Positions 7,965 to 18,642 of a stretch of 64,000 nucleotides of DNA are shown here, in pieces; position 1 is the stretch's first letter, and each line of letters begins with the position of its first letter. The DNA comes from Sphingomonadales bacterium (GTDB lineage Bacteria; Pseudomonadota; Alphaproteobacteria; Sphingomonadales; Sphingomonadaceae). The position numbers and the translations under genes are program-made. The notes under the pieces are model-generated. The model did not search any database and was not told where the DNA came from. It worked only from the letters and a program-made list of their open reading frames with translations. Location of the stretch: the NCBI GenBank assembly GCA_038211965.1, contig JBBQVB010000001.1:29361-93360 (forward strand), read 5' to 3'.

Positions 7965-9284
7965 TCAGGCCCGCCGCCAGCTCGTGCCCTGCGGCCCGTC
8001 CTCGAGCACTATCCCCTGCGCCGCGAGGTCGTCGCGTATCCGATCGGATTCGGCAAAATCCTTGCGCGCGCGGGCGGCGGTGCGGGCGCCGACGAGGTCG
8101 TCGATCCCTGCGTCCGGCGCCGCTCGCGTCGGTTCGAGCAACCCCAGCATCGCCAGCGCCGCGCGCATGCCGCCGATATCGCCGAGACGCGACAGGCGCG
8201 CGATAGCGGCGACGACGGCGGGCGTGTTGAGATCGTCCGCCAGCGCGGCGATGACGCGCTCCGGCACCGCCGCCTCGTCGTCCTCCGAGCGGCGCACGAA
8301 GCCCTGCCAGCGGTCGAGCGTCGCCTTGGTCTGTTCGAGGAGCGTTTCCGTCCACTCCAGCGGCTGGCGGTAATGCGCGCTGAGCAGCGCCAGCCGTAGG
8401 ACTTCCCCCGACCACCCCGCCGCCAGCAAATCGCCGACCAGCGCAACATTCCCCAGCGACTTCGACATCTTCTCGGTCCCCATGCTGAGGAAGCCGTTGT
8501 GCATCCAGACCTGCGCGAGCGGTGCGCCGTGGTTGGCGCAGGCCGATTGCGCGAGTTCGTTCTCGTGGTGGGGGAAGATCAGGTCGAGCCCGCCGCCGTG
8601 GATGTCGATGGTTTCCCCCAGCACGGCGCGGATCATCGCCGAGCACTCGATATGCCACCCCGGTCGTCCGCGCCCCCACGGGGATTCCCACCCCGGCTGG
8701 TCGTCGGCACTCGGCTTCCACAGCACGAAATCGGCGGCACCGCGCTTGTACGGCGCAACCTCGACGCGCGCGCCAGCGATCATCTCGTCGAGGCGACGGC
8801 CCGACAGCCTGCCGTACTCGGGAAAGGCCGCGACATCGAACAGCACATGGCCCTGCGCCGCATAGGCGACGCCGCGCGCGATCAGCTCGCCGATCATCGC
8901 GACCATGCCGTCCGCGCCCTCGACGAACGCGGTGGCGTGGGGTTCGATGTCGGGGGCCTCGACGCCGAGTGCTGCCATATCGGCGCGGTAGTGGTCGGCG
9001 TAGCGCGCGGTGACCTCGCCGATCGGCACGCCCTCGGCCTCGGCCTTGGCGATGATCTTGTCGTCGATGTCGGTGATGTTGCGCGCGTAGACTACCTGGC
9101 GCTCGGGGTAGGTGTGGCGCAGCAGGCGGCGCAGCACATCGAACACCACGGCGGGGCGGGCGTTGCCGATGTGCGCGCGATTATAGACCGTCGGGCCGCA
9201 GACATACATCGTCACGCGGCCGGGCTCGCGCGGCGTGAAGTCCTCCTTGCGGCGGGTCAGCGTGTTGTAGAGGCGTAGGCTCAC
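7965..9284 (-). CDS. cysS: Cysteine--tRNA ligase.
   Basis: [19 protein letters not shown] (HIGH-type motif) and KMSKSLGN. I chose the GTG start at 9284, which overlaps the cvpA stop (GTGA). The longer ORF N-terminus looks spurious. Confidence 0.9.
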   Translation of the reverse strand: MSLRLYNTLTRRKEDFTPREPGRVTMYVCGPTVYNRAHIGNARPAVVFDVLRRLLRHTYPERQVVYARNITDIDDKIIAKAEAEGVPIGEVTARYADHYRADMAALGVEAPDIEPHATAFVEGADGMVAMIGELIARGVAYAAQGHVLFDVAAFPEYGRLSGRRLDEMIAGARVEVAPYKRGAADFVLWKPSADDQPGWESPWGRGRPGWHIECSAMIRAVLGETIDIHGGGLDLIFPHHENELAQSACANHGAPLAQVWMHNGFLSMGTEKMSKSLGNVALVGDLLAAGWSGEVLRLALLSAHYRQPLEWTETLLEQTKATLDRWQGFVRRSEDDEAAVPERVIAALADDLNTPAVVAAIARLSRLGDIGGMRAALAMLGLLEPTRAAPDAGIDDLVGARTAARARKDFAESDRIRDDLAAQGIVLEDGPQGTSWRRA

Positions 9285-9877
9285 GTCGCCGGCTTCTCGC
9301 GCGCCGCCTCGAGCAGGCGGTCGAAGGCGCTGCGCTGTCTCGGAGCGTCCGCGTCGGGCTTCGCGGGAACACCCTTGGGGTGCCGCCGCGTCTCGACGAA
9401 ATCGACCATCGCCTTGCTCGTCGCCTCGACGAGCGGCGCGGTGCGCGCGGCGCGCAGCCATTCGGGACGCGGATTGGCGGGGTCGAGGACGTCGAACACC
9501 ATGCTAGCGAGGAGAAACAGTACCGCCGCGCCGAGCAGCCCCTTGAACGCCCCGAAGCCGAAGCCGAGCAGGCGGTCGAGCGGCCCGACGATCGAGTTGC
9601 GCGTCCGCGCGCCGAGCGCCCCCGCGACGCCCTTGAACACCACGAAGGTCACCGCGAAGATCAGCACGAAGGCGAGGATCGACCCGCCGCTCTCGGTACC
9701 CGTCAGCCTGGTCGCGAGCAGCTTACCCGCCGGGTAGAAGAAGCGCACCGCAAAGATCGCCGCGACCCACGCGAGCAGCGACAGCACCTCGGTGACGAAG
9801 CCTCGCGCCAGGCCGGCCAGCGAGCCGAAGCCGATCAGCAGCAGGACGACGATGTCGATGGCGGTGAGGGCGGTCAT
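9281..9877 (-). CDS. cvpA: CvpA-family membrane protein (colicin V production protein family).
   Basis: [42 protein letters not shown] is a typical CvpA N-terminus. The protein has four hydrophobic helices. ATG at 9877. Confidence 0.7.
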   Translation of the reverse strand: MTALTAIDIVVLLLIGFGSLAGLARGFVTEVLSLLAWVAAIFAVRFFYPAGKLLATRLTGTESGGSILAFVLIFAVTFVVFKGVAGALGARTRNSIVGPLDRLLGFGFGAFKGLLGAAVLFLLASMVFDVLDPANPRPEWLRAARTAPLVEATSKAMVDFVETRRHPKGVPAKPDADAPRQRSAFDRLLEAAREKPAT

Positions 9878-9923
9878 TGCGGCGGGTGTAGGGGAGGCGG
9901 CGGGGGCGGGGCAAGGGCGGGGG

Positions 9924-11308
9924 TCAGGACCGGGATTTGCGCGAGCCCCCGCCCCCCAGGTAATCCACCAGCGCCGCGACCGTCCGGAAGCCCTGCACGC
10001 GCACCCCACCCCCTACCGTCGAGGCGGGGGCGAGCGCGCTGCCGAATCCCAGCTTCGCCGCCTCCTTGAGGCGCAGGCCCGCGTGGCCGACGGCACGCAC
10101 CTCGCCCGACAGCGCGATCTCGCCGAACGCGATGGTGTCGGCGGGGACGACGGCCTCGGTCAGCGCGGAAATCAAAGCCGCTGCGACGGCGAGGTCGGCG
10201 GCGGGGTCCTGGACGCGCAGGCCGCCCGCGACGTTGAGATAGACCTCGCACGCCGAAAAGCTCAGCCCGCAGCGCGCTTCGAGGACCGCGAGGATCATCG
10301 CCAGTCGCCCGGCGTCCCAGCCGACGACCGCGCGCCGTGGCGTCGCGCCGCTCGCCAGCCGCACGACGAGCGCCTGGATTTCGCACAGCACGGGGCGCGT
10401 GCCTTCGAGTGCCGGGAAGACGACGGTGCCGACGACGGGCCGGTCGCGGTCGGTGAGGAACAGGCTCGACGGGTTGGCAACTTCGGCCAGCCCCTCGGTG
10501 CCCATCGCGAAGACGCCGATCTCGTCGGTGCCGCCGAAGCGGTTCTTGACCGCCCTGAGGATGCGGTACTGGTGGCTGCGCTCGCCTTCGAAATACAGCA
10601 CGGTGTCGACCATGTGCTCGAGGACGCGCGGCCCCGCGATCTGGCCGTCCTTGGTGACGTGGCCGACCAGCACCACCGCGGCACCGCTCGTCTTGGCATA
10701 GCGGATCAGCTCCTGCGCGGCGGCGCGGACCTGGCTGATGGTCCCGGGTGCGCCTTCGAGCGTGTCCGAGTGCATCGTCTGGATCGAGTCGATGATCAGC
10801 AGCGCGGGCGGCGGACCGGCGCTCAGCGTCGTCAGGATATCGCGCACCGAAGTCGCGGCGGCGAGCTGCACGGGAGCCTTCGCCAGCCCGAGCCGCCGCG
10901 CGCGCAGGCGGACCTGATCCGACGCTTCCTCGCCGGTAACATAGGCGACGCGGTGGCCGTCCTGCGCCATGCGCCCCGCGGCCTGCAGCAGCAGCGTCGA
11001 CTTGCCGATGCCGGGGTCGCCGCCGATCAGCACCGCGCTCGCCGCGACCAGCCCGCCGCCCAATGCCCGGTCAAGCTCGGCGATGCCCGTCGACAGCCGC
11101 GCCGGGATCGCCACGTCGTCGTCGAGCCCCGCCATCGCGAGGCGCGTGCCGCCGCCGCTCAGCGAGTGCTTCGCGCTGAACGGCGTGACGACCGCGCTCG
11201 CTTCCTGCTGGATCGTGTTCCACTGGCCGCAGTCGCCGCACTGCCCCGCCCAGCGTGCCGCGACCGAGCCGCAGCCCTGGCAGACATAGCGGACGGCAGC
11301 GCGGGCCA
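9924..11308 (-). CDS. radA: DNA repair protein RadA/Sms.
   Basis: Zinc ribbon YVCQGCGSVAARWAGQCGDCGQWNT, Walker A GGDPGIGKSTLLLQ and a Lon-like C-terminus. GTG at 11308 is preceded by GGAAGGAAA. Confidence 0.9.
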
Positions 11309-11352
11309 CGGGTTTCCTTCCAGGAACGGAAGGCGAACATAGCGAGGTGCCG

Positions 11353-11997
11353 TCAGGTCGGCAAGCCCGTGTCGACATTTCTGCCCAAGCGAAATAGCCG
11401 CACCAGCAGCGGGCTGGCCATCAGTGGCACGAGCCCCGCCAGCGGTATCCACATCGCCGCCGCGAAGGCGAGGCTCGCGATGACGATCGGCGACCACGCG
11501 CGGCGCACCCACAGGCGGCGTTCGGCGACCCCCACCGCCGGATCGAGCCGCGTGCCCTGTGTCAGCGTCAGCGCGAGGCGCAGATTGAACAGCCCCGATA
11601 TCGCCAGCCACACCGCATAAAAGCCGACGCCCGTGCGGCTGCTGGCAAAATTGCTGATGATCGCCGTTGGGAACGGCATGAACGCGATGGTCAGCAGGAA
11701 CAGCAGATTATGCCAAACCAGCTTCTCATCGGCGCGCAGCAGATAGCCGAACGAACGGTGATGGACGATCCAGAAACGGCCGATGACAAAGAAGCTGACG
11801 AGGAAACCGATATACTGCGGGATGTTCTCAAGCAGTGCTTGGTTGAGTTGTGTGCTCGTGTAGCCGTTGGGAAATCGCGGCACGTGGATTTCGATAACGA
11901 GCAGGGTGATGGCGATCGCAAAGATTGCATCGCTGAAAAACACCATGCGGTCGATCTGGCGCCGGTCGTGCTCTTGGGCGGTTTCGCGAGCAGTCAT
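11353..11997 (-). CDS. TMEM175/DUF1211-family membrane protein (putative K+ channel).
   Basis: RMVFFSDAIFAIAITLLVIEI is the signature N-terminal helix. The protein is multi-pass and hydrophobic. Confidence 0.65.
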   Translation of the reverse strand: MTARETAQEHDRRQIDRMVFFSDAIFAIAITLLVIEIHVPRFPNGYTSTQLNQALLENIPQYIGFLVSFFVIGRFWIVHHRSFGYLLRADEKLVWHNLLFLLTIAFMPFPTAIISNFASSRTGVGFYAVWLAISGLFNLRLALTLTQGTRLDPAVGVAERRLWVRRAWSPIVIASLAFAAAMWIPLAGLVPLMASPLLVRLFRLGRNVDTGLPT

Positions 11998-12132
11998 GAT
12001 TGCACGCTATGCGGCACAGGGGCGTAATGGAAGGCGCGAACTGCCAGCGTCACGTGCTTGCAATGTCGCGGCGCAATTGATGCCGATGGTGGCGCCGCCT
12101 AAACGGACTGCGGCTGCATGGGGAGAAGCGCG

Positions 12133-13794
12133 ATGGCGCAATTTTGGCTGAAAATCATCGGCGTCGCTGCGCTGGCGCTGGACATCGCCGCTCCAGCCGC
12201 CGCATCGCCGCCGCCCCGCCCGAAGCTCGTCGTCGCGATCTCGCTCGACCAGTTCAGCGCGGCGCTGTTCGAGCAGTATCGCGGGCGCTTCACCGGCGGG
12301 CTGAGGACGCTGCAGGACGGCGTCGTCTACCCCAGCGGCTATCAGAGCCACGCCGCGACCGAGACCTGCCCCGGCCATTCGACGATCCTGACCGGCCGCC
12401 ACCCGGCCGCGACGGGCATTGTCGCCAACCAGTGGTACGACAGCGACCAGGGCGCGCAGGTCTATTGCGTCACCGATCCCGCCGGTCCGGTGCCGGGGCG
12501 CGATAGCGTCGCGCGCGGCCCCGCCAACCTCAAGGTCCCGACGCTCGGCGAGTGGCTCAAGGCGGCGAGCCCCGCCAGCCGCGTCTACGCCGTGTCGGGC
12601 AAGGACCGCGCCGCGATCACCATGGCGGGGCACAACCCCGACGGGGTGTTCTGGTGGGACGACGAGCTGGCGTTCACGACCTCGGTTCCGGCCGGTACGA
12701 CGGCGGCGAAGCGCCTCGAACCTGTCGCGGGCTTCAATGCGGCGCTGATCAAGCGCTGGCAGGTCAAGCCGCCGGTCTGGACCAGGCTCGACGCGCGCTG
12801 CGTCGCCAGCGGCACCGACAAGTTCGGCGACCTGACGATCGCGCACAGCATTCCGCCGATGGGCTATGAGGGTAGCTGGAACGATCCCGCCAACCTCAGA
12901 TATTTCCGCGCCTCGCCGGGCATGGACGAGGTGACGCTCGACATGGCGACGGTGCTGCTCGACCGCTTTAAGCTCGGGCGCGGGACCGCCCCCGACGTGC
13001 TGGCGATCAGCTTGAGCGCGACCGACTACGTCGGTCACCGCTACGGCAACGAGGGCGTCGAGATGTGCGACCACCTCGCCCACCTCGATCGCGCGCTCGG
13101 GGTATTTCTGGCGAAGCTGACCGCGCTTAAGATCCCCGTCGTCGTCGCGCTGACCGCCGACCACGGCGCGGTCGATGCCGCCGAACGCGTCGCGGCGCGC
13201 GGCGTCGCGGCCAAGCGGCTGGGCGGCGAAGCCTTCGCCGACATCGGCAAGGCGCTGCAGGAAGAATTCAAGCTCGACTATTTCCCGCTCGCGGGCGACG
13301 CGCAGCAGGTCAGCATCGCCGGCTTCGGCGAGCGCGACGCGGCGCTCGATGCCAGGATCGCTGCGTCGGCGTTGGCGCGCTTCAAGGCGCGGCCCGAGGT
13401 CTACGCCGCCTTTTCCCGCGCCGAGGTGGTCGCCGCCGCGCCACGCCCCGGCACGCCGGTCGACGAATGGACGCTCGCCGAGCGCTTCCATGCCAGCTTC
13501 GACGCGCAGCGTAGCGGCGATATCGCGGTCGCCTACCGCCCCTATTCGACGGGCTCGCTACCGCAGGCGTTCGGCGACACCGTCGCGGGCCACGGCTCAC
13601 CATGGAACTACGATCGCCGCGTGCCGATGATCTTCTGGTGGCCGGGCGCGAGCGGCTTCGAACAGCCGCTGCCCGTCGAGACGGTCGATATCGCACCGAC
13701 ACTCGCGGCGCTGCTCGGGGTGAAGACGACGACGGTGGACGGGCGATGTCTCGATCTCGACGTCGGGGCGGGGGACAGTTGCGCGGCGAACTGA
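12133..13794 (+). CDS. Alkaline phosphatase superfamily / nucleotide pyrophosphatase-phosphodiesterase-like secreted enzyme.
   Basis: ATG at 12133 with GGGAGA upstream. Signal peptide MAQFWLKIIGVAALALDIAAPAAA. Motifs ISLDQF..., TETCPGHSTILTGRHP and LTADHG are typical of the NPP/AlkP family. Confidence 0.75.
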   Translation: MAQFWLKIIGVAALALDIAAPAAASPPPRPKLVVAISLDQFSAALFEQYRGRFTGGLRTLQDGVVYPSGYQSHAATETCPGHSTILTGRHPAATGIVANQWYDSDQGAQVYCVTDPAGPVPGRDSVARGPANLKVPTLGEWLKAASPASRVYAVSGKDRAAITMAGHNPDGVFWWDDELAFTTSVPAGTTAAKRLEPVAGFNAALIKRWQVKPPVWTRLDARCVASGTDKFGDLTIAHSIPPMGYEGSWNDPANLRYFRASPGMDEVTLDMATVLLDRFKLGRGTAPDVLAISLSATDYVGHRYGNEGVEMCDHLAHLDRALGVFLAKLTALKIPVVVALTADHGAVDAAERVAARGVAAKRLGGEAFADIGKALQEEFKLDYFPLAGDAQQVSIAGFGERDAALDARIAASALARFKARPEVYAAFSRAEVVAAAPRPGTPVDEWTLAERFHASFDAQRSGDIAVAYRPYSTGSLPQAFGDTVAGHGSPWNYDRRVPMIFWWPGASGFEQPLPVETVDIAPTLAALLGVKTTTVDGRCLDLDVGAGDSCAAN

Positions 13795-13877
13795 TCGCGG
13801 CGCCCCCACCGCCTTGAAACCGTTGCGCCGCCGCCGCCGAAACGCCTAGCATCGGTACCTGCCCGGGGGCTTCGGCG

Positions 13878-16193
13878 ATGCGCGAGAAGGAATTGCGGCT
13901 GGCGCTCGTCTGCTACGGCGGCGTCAGCCTCGCGATCTACATGCACGGCATCACCAAGGAGGTGTGGAAGCTGTTGCGCGCCTCGGCCGCGCGCGCCGCA
14001 CCGGGTGAGGCGATGCCGGTGCCCGATACCGAGGCGGTCTACCGCGACCTGCTCGACGCGCTCAGCCCGCATCTCGAACTGCGCGTCCTGACCGATATCG
14101 TCGCGGGCGCGAGCGCCGGGGGGATCAACGGCATATTGCTCGCGCACGCTATCGCGGGCGGGCACGACATGGAGCCGCTGCGCGACCTGTGGCTCGGCGG
14201 CGCCGATATTGAAAAGCTGCTCGAGCCGATGGGGGCCGCGACGCGCTTCAGCAAATGGTGGGCGGGGCCGCTGGTATGGTGGGCACGGCGGCGCGGTATC
14301 GGCCTGAATGACATGAGCGAGCCCGAGGTGCAGACCGAGGTGCGCGCCAAGCTGTCGAAGCTGATGCGCTCGCGCTGGTTCCACCCGCCGTTCTCGGGCG
14401 CGGCGTTCACTGCGATGCTCTACGACGCGCTGGCGGCGATGGAGGCGGGCAAACGCGGCCCCGCACTGCTCCCCGCCAGCCAGCCGCTCGACCTGTTCGT
14501 CACCGTCACCGATTATCACGGCGCGCCCGACCATCTGCGCCTCCACTCGCCCCCCGACATCGTCGAGACCGAACACCGGCTGGTCATCGCATTCAACGCC
14601 CCCGGTGCGGCGGCGGGAGAGGGTGGTGCGCCTCGGCGCAGCCTCGGCCACCGCGCCGAACTGGCGTTCGCGGCGCGCGCCACGGCGTCGTTCCCGGGCG
14701 CGTTCCCGCCGGCACGGGTCGCCGAGGTCGATACCGTCGTCGCGACGCGCGGCGACCGCTGGCCGGGGCGCGAGGCGTTCCTGGCACGGTTGTTCCCGCA
14801 GCGCGGCGGCGACTATGCGGGCGCAACGCTGATCGACGGCAGCGTCCTCAACAACCGCCCGTTCGGCCCCGCGATCGAAGCGCTGCGCCATCGCCCCGCG
14901 CATCGCGAGGTCGATCGCCGCTTCGTCTACATCGACCCCAAGCCCGGCGGCCACGACCCCGGTATGGGCAGCGACTCCGCGCTGCCGGGGTGGTTCTCGA
15001 CGGTGCTGCGCAGCCTTGCCGACATCCCGCGCGAACAGCCGATCCGTGACAACCTCGCGGCGATCGAGGCGCTGTCGGCAAAGGTCCGCCGTCTGCGCTT
15101 CGTCGTCGACGGCATGACCCCGGCGGTCGACGCGGCAATCGAGGGCGCGGTCGGGGCACGTTTCTTCCTGTTCAAACTGACCCCCGAACGCCTGTCCGAC
15201 TGGCGCTCGCGGACCCAGACGGTGGCGGCGCGCGAGGCGGGTTTCGCCTACGCCGCCTATGGCCAGCTCAAGCTCAGCCATGTCGTCGAGAGCGCTGTCG
15301 AGCGAATCGTCGCGCTCGGCGGGCATCTCCCCGCCGGGACCGACCGGGGGGTGCGCGCGGCGCTGTGGTCGACCGTCCATGCGCAGGGCGTCGATGCCGT
15401 CGATGCCGCGACCGGGCGCGACGGAGCATCGTCGGACTATGTGCTGTTCCTGCGCAATTTCGATCTCGGCTTCCGCATCCGCCGCCTGCGCTTTCTGATC
15501 CGGCGTCTCAACATGCTCGGCGTTGCCACGGCCGCGCTCAAGGAGCGACGTGCGGTCGAAGGCGTGAAGGCCGTGCTGTACACGATCCTCGCGCCCTATC
15601 TCGAGCGGCGGCGCGAGGCCTTCTACGACGATGCAGCACGGGCGGCGGCCAGGGACGCGGCGGCGGAACCGGCGGCGGCGCTCAAAGCGCTCGCAGCGGC
15701 AATGGACCTGCGTGCGCTCGACACCGCGAGCGACGCGGCGCTGGTCGGCCTGCTCGGTCCCGATCTGCCGACGCCGCTGCGCCGCGCGCTGCTGCGCGCC
15801 TATCTCGGCTTTCCGTTCTACGACATCGCGATGCTGCCGCAGCTCGAAGGCGACGGCATCGACGAATTCGATGAAATCCAGGTCGACCGCATCTCCCCCG
15901 ACGACGCCGTGGCGATCCGCAAGGGCGGGGCCGCTGCGACGCTCAAGGGCACGCAGTTCAACGCCTTCGGGGCGTTCTTCAGCCGCGCCTACCGCGAGAA
16001 CGATTACCTTTGGGGCCGTCTCCATGCCGCCGATCGGCTGATCGACATCGTCGTCTCGACGCTCCCCGAAGGCGTGTCATTCGATAGCGCGCCGTTCAAG
16101 CAGCGCGCCTTCCGCGCCGTGCTCGAGGCCGAACGACCGTTTCTGACAACGGTACCCGAGTTGCTCGCGAGCCTCGAACGCGAGATCGGCTAG
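13878..16193 (+). CDS. Patatin-like phospholipase with a long C-terminal extension (DUF3376-type architecture).
   Basis: LALVCYGGVSLAIYMHG (oxyanion region), GASAGGINGILLA (GxSxG serine) and IDGSVLNNRPFGP (DG dyad). Confidence 0.8.
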   Translation: MREKELRLALVCYGGVSLAIYMHGITKEVWKLLRASAARAAPGEAMPVPDTEAVYRDLLDALSPHLELRVLTDIVAGASAGGINGILLAHAIAGGHDMEPLRDLWLGGADIEKLLEPMGAATRFSKWWAGPLVWWARRRGIGLNDMSEPEVQTEVRAKLSKLMRSRWFHPPFSGAAFTAMLYDALAAMEAGKRGPALLPASQPLDLFVTVTDYHGAPDHLRLHSPPDIVETEHRLVIAFNAPGAAAGEGGAPRRSLGHRAELAFAARATASFPGAFPPARVAEVDTVVATRGDRWPGREAFLARLFPQRGGDYAGATLIDGSVLNNRPFGPAIEALRHRPAHREVDRRFVYIDPKPGGHDPGMGSDSALPGWFSTVLRSLADIPREQPIRDNLAAIEALSAKVRRLRFVVDGMTPAVDAAIEGAVGARFFLFKLTPERLSDWRSRTQTVAAREAGFAYAAYGQLKLSHVVESAVERIVALGGHLPAGTDRGVRAALWSTVHAQGVDAVDAATGRDGASSDYVLFLRNFDLGFRIRRLRFLIRRLNMLGVATAALKERRAVEGVKAVLYTILAPYLERRREAFYDDAARAAARDAAAEPAAALKALAAAMDLRALDTASDAALVGLLGPDLPTPLRRALLRAYLGFPFYDIAMLPQLEGDGIDEFDEIQVDRISPDDAVAIRKGGAAATLKGTQFNAFGAFFSRAYRENDYLWGRLHAADRLIDIVVSTLPEGVSFDSAPFKQRAFRAVLEAERPFLTTVPELLASLEREIG

Positions 16194-16208
16194 GCCGGCC
16201 GAACGCGC

Positions 16209-16985
16209 TCAGGTCAGGCCGCGCCGTTCGCTGCGGTAATAGGCGTAGCTGCAGGCGATCGCGGTGGCACCCAGCAGATGCCAGACGGCGTGGCCCTGGA
16301 CGAGGCTGTCGGGCGCGCAGACCTGCCGGGTATTGTCGAGGATCCAGATCCCGAAGGCGACCGCCTTCGCGGCGATCCCGGCGACGAACAGCCAGACGAT
16401 GACACCGGGCCGCCGGGGTCGCGCCAGCGCCATCTCGACGATGATCGCGACGATCAACAGAACGAGGAACAGGTAACGCCGCGCGTCGGGGACGACGTAG
16501 AGCAACGCGATCAACGCGGCGCAGAGGGCCACGTAGAAGATCACCGCCTGCTGCACCGTCAGGCTGCGCCACCGCGCCACGGCATACGTCAGCGCGAAGC
16601 CCGTCAGCAGGTACATGCCGACGACGTCGGCGAACTGCCCCCACAGGGTCAGCGTCGCGTGCAGCAAGGCGCTGCCGACGCCGATGACCACCGCGCTGAG
16701 ACCGTACCAGACGACTCCCGGCCCCGCGAATGCCGTTGCTGCGGCGGAACGCGTTGCCGACAGCATGATCCAGCTGCCGACCGCGACATAGCCGAACGAC
16801 GACCAGGTGTTCGCGGGCTGGAGCAGCAGGTCGCCACGCCGCGGCAGCTCGCAGAAACAATGCGTGGCGGTACACGACGCAGGCAAGTAGCGCGTCCAGT
16901 CGGGGCCGAGCAGACTGAGCACCGCAAGCGTCGCGGCGATCCACAGGATTGTCAGAACGGCGGTCTGCAGGGCGCGGCTGGTCAT
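16209..16985 (-). CDS. Seven-TM alkaline-ceramidase-like (CREST superfamily) membrane hydrolase.
   Basis: Multi-pass protein with conserved His/Asp positions (LLHATLTLWGQFADVVGMY, GHAVWHLLGA HxxxH). The assignment rests on motif resemblance only. Confidence 0.5.
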   Translation of the reverse strand: MTSRALQTAVLTILWIAATLAVLSLLGPDWTRYLPASCTATHCFCELPRRGDLLLQPANTWSSFGYVAVGSWIMLSATRSAAATAFAGPGVVWYGLSAVVIGVGSALLHATLTLWGQFADVVGMYLLTGFALTYAVARWRSLTVQQAVIFYVALCAALIALLYVVPDARRYLFLVLLIVAIIVEMALARPRRPGVIVWLFVAGIAAKAVAFGIWILDNTRQVCAPDSLVQGHAVWHLLGATAIACSYAYYRSERRGLT

Positions 16986-17025
16986 GCGCTGGAGTTAGAC
17001 GCTGTTGGCGTGCGGAAGGAAAGGG

Positions 17026-17046
17026 CGACGCGGCAAAGCCGCGCCG
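17026..17046 (-). terminator. Candidate intrinsic terminator after rplS.
   Basis: GC hairpin cgacgcggc-aaa-gccgcgccg (6 bp, one mismatch, then 2 bp). On the minus strand it is followed by CCCTTTCCTTCC. The T-tract is weak. Confidence 0.35.
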
Positions 17047-17151
17047 TCGGACGGGTTCGGCGGGCTTGCCGCCGACCCGCCGCCCGCGCCTGCGCGAGTC
17101 CGCAGCGCAGGCCGCGAACGCAAGCGCGTTCCCGACCTCCGCGGGGCCGCG

Positions 17152-17532
17152 CTACGCTTCGCGCGCCGGCCGCGGATCGCGCTTCTCGACGATGCGCGCC
17201 GACTTGCCCGAACGCCCGCGCAGATAATAGAGCTTGGCGCGCCGCACGATGCCGCGCCGCACGACCTCGATCGAATCGATGTTCGGCGAATAGAGCGGGA
17301 AGACGCGCTCGACGCCCTCGCCGAAGCTCGTCTTGCGGACGGTGAAATTGCTGCCCATGCCCTTGTTCGAGCGGGCGATGCAGACGCCCTCGTAGTTCTG
17401 GACGCGCGTGCGCTCGCCCTCGACGCCGCGGACGCCGACGCGCAGGGTGTCTCCGGCGCGGAACTGGGGGATGGCCTTCGCCTCGACGTATTTGGCGATC
17501 TGCTCGGCTTCGATCGTCTGGATGAGATTCAT
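17152..17532 (-). CDS. rplS: 50S ribosomal protein L19.
   Basis: [11 protein letters not shown]...[33 protein letters not shown] is a canonical L19 sequence. Confidence 0.95.
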   Translation of the reverse strand: MNLIQTIEAEQIAKYVEAKAIPQFRAGDTLRVGVRGVEGERTRVQNYEGVCIARSNKGMGSNFTVRKTSFGEGVERVFPLYSPNIDSIEVVRRGIVRRAKLYYLRGRSGKSARIVEKRDPRPAREA

Positions 17533-17533
17533 C

Positions 17534-18262
17534 TCATTCGCTTTCTTCGACGTGCGCGCCAGAGGGCGACTGGACCCGAGCGCCGGAATGGCGCTCCCAC
17601 AGGTCCGGCCGCCGTAGCCGTGTGTCCGCTTCGGAACGCGCCTGTCGCCAGGCCGCGATCTTCGCGTGATCCCCCGATCGCAACACTTCGGGGATCGCCA
17701 GACCCTCCCATACGGGCGGTCTGGTATAGTGCGGATGTTCGAGAAGACCGCTTTCGAAGCTCTCGTCGTCCCCGCTCAAGGGCGCGCCCATTACACCGGG
17801 GAGCAGCCGCACGCAAGCATCGAGCAGCACCAGCGCCGCCGTCTCGCCGCCCGACAGAACATAGTCGCCGATGCTGATCTCCTCGATGCCGCGCGCGGCG
17901 AAGATCCGCTCGTCGAAGCCCTCGAAGCGCCCGCACAGGATCGTCACGCCCGGTCCGCGCGCGAGGCCGCGCACCCGCGCCTGCGTCAGCGGGGCCCCAC
18001 GCGGCGTCATCGCGACCACCGGCGTACCGTTTGCCACCGCATCGAGCGTTGCCGCCACCACGTCGGCGCGCAGCACCATACCCGGTCCGCCGCCCGCCGG
18101 GGTGTCGTCGACCGACCGATGCCTGTCGGTGGTGAAGTCCCGAATGTTGTGCGCGGCGCACGACCAGAGCCTGTCCGCCAGCGCGCGCCCGGCGAGGCTG
18201 ACGCCCAGCGGCCCGGGAAACATCTCGGGATAAAGCGTAAGCAGGGTGGCGGACCAGGTCAG
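17534..18262 (-). CDS. trmD: tRNA (guanine37-N1)-methyltransferase.
   Basis: [19 protein letters not shown]... is the conserved TrmD N-terminus. No in-frame ATG or GTG lies near it. CTG at 18262 overlaps the vapC stop (CTGA), and the alternative CTG is at 18274. The 5' end is uncertain. Confidence 0.8.
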   Translation of the reverse strand: MTWSATLLTLYPEMFPGPLGVSLAGRALADRLWSCAAHNIRDFTTDRHRSVDDTPAGGGPGMVLRADVVAATLDAVANGTPVVAMTPRGAPLTQARVRGLARGPGVTILCGRFEGFDERIFAARGIEEISIGDYVLSGGETAALVLLDACVRLLPGVMGAPLSGDDESFESGLLEHPHYTRPPVWEGLAIPEVLRSGDHAKIAAWRQARSEADTRLRRPDLWERHSGARVQSPSGAHVEESE

Positions 18263-18642
18263 GGGAGCGTCCAGTTCTCGACCCGCAACCCCGGCACATC
18301 GGCGAAGTCGGCCACGTTGTTCGTTATGACCGTTGCGCCGATACTGATCGCATGCGCCGCAAGCAGCCGGTCGAACCGCGCCCGCTTGAACGGCAGGCGA
18401 GCATAGGCGCGTGCCGCCGCCTCGTCGAATGCGACCAGCGGGATTGCCGAGATGAATGCCTCTAGCACGTCGGGCGCGGGTGGCTTGCCCGCCACGGTAC
18501 CATAGGCAATTTCGGCGAAGCTTATCGTCGAGATGGCGATCTCGCCCGGAAAGCATTTGTTGATCCGTGCCGTCAGCGCGTCGTGTCCCTCGTCCATCGA
18601 ATAGACCGCAGCATCGGCATCGATCAGGTACCGGATGATCAC
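18259..18642 (-). CDS. vapC: PIN-domain toxin VapC.
   Basis: [14 protein letters not shown] (N-terminal acidic residue) and the C-terminal [20 protein letters not shown]. Its start overlaps the vapB stop. Confidence 0.85.
   Translation of the reverse strand: MIIRYLIDADAAVYSMDEGHDALTARINKCFPGEIAISTISFAEIAYGTVAGKPPAPDVLEAFISAIPLVAFDEAAARAYARLPFKRARFDRLLAAHAISIGATVITNNVADFADVPGLRVENWTLP

Noticed and set aside
9792-11342. 516-aa ORF antisense to radA.
   Set aside because: It is a shadow ORF. radA on the opposite strand has a zinc ribbon and a Walker A motif.
13608-16025. 805-aa ORF antisense to the patatin-like gene.
   Set aside because: It is a shadow ORF with an Arg-rich, low-complexity translation. 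The sense strand carries GxSxG/DG patatin motifs.
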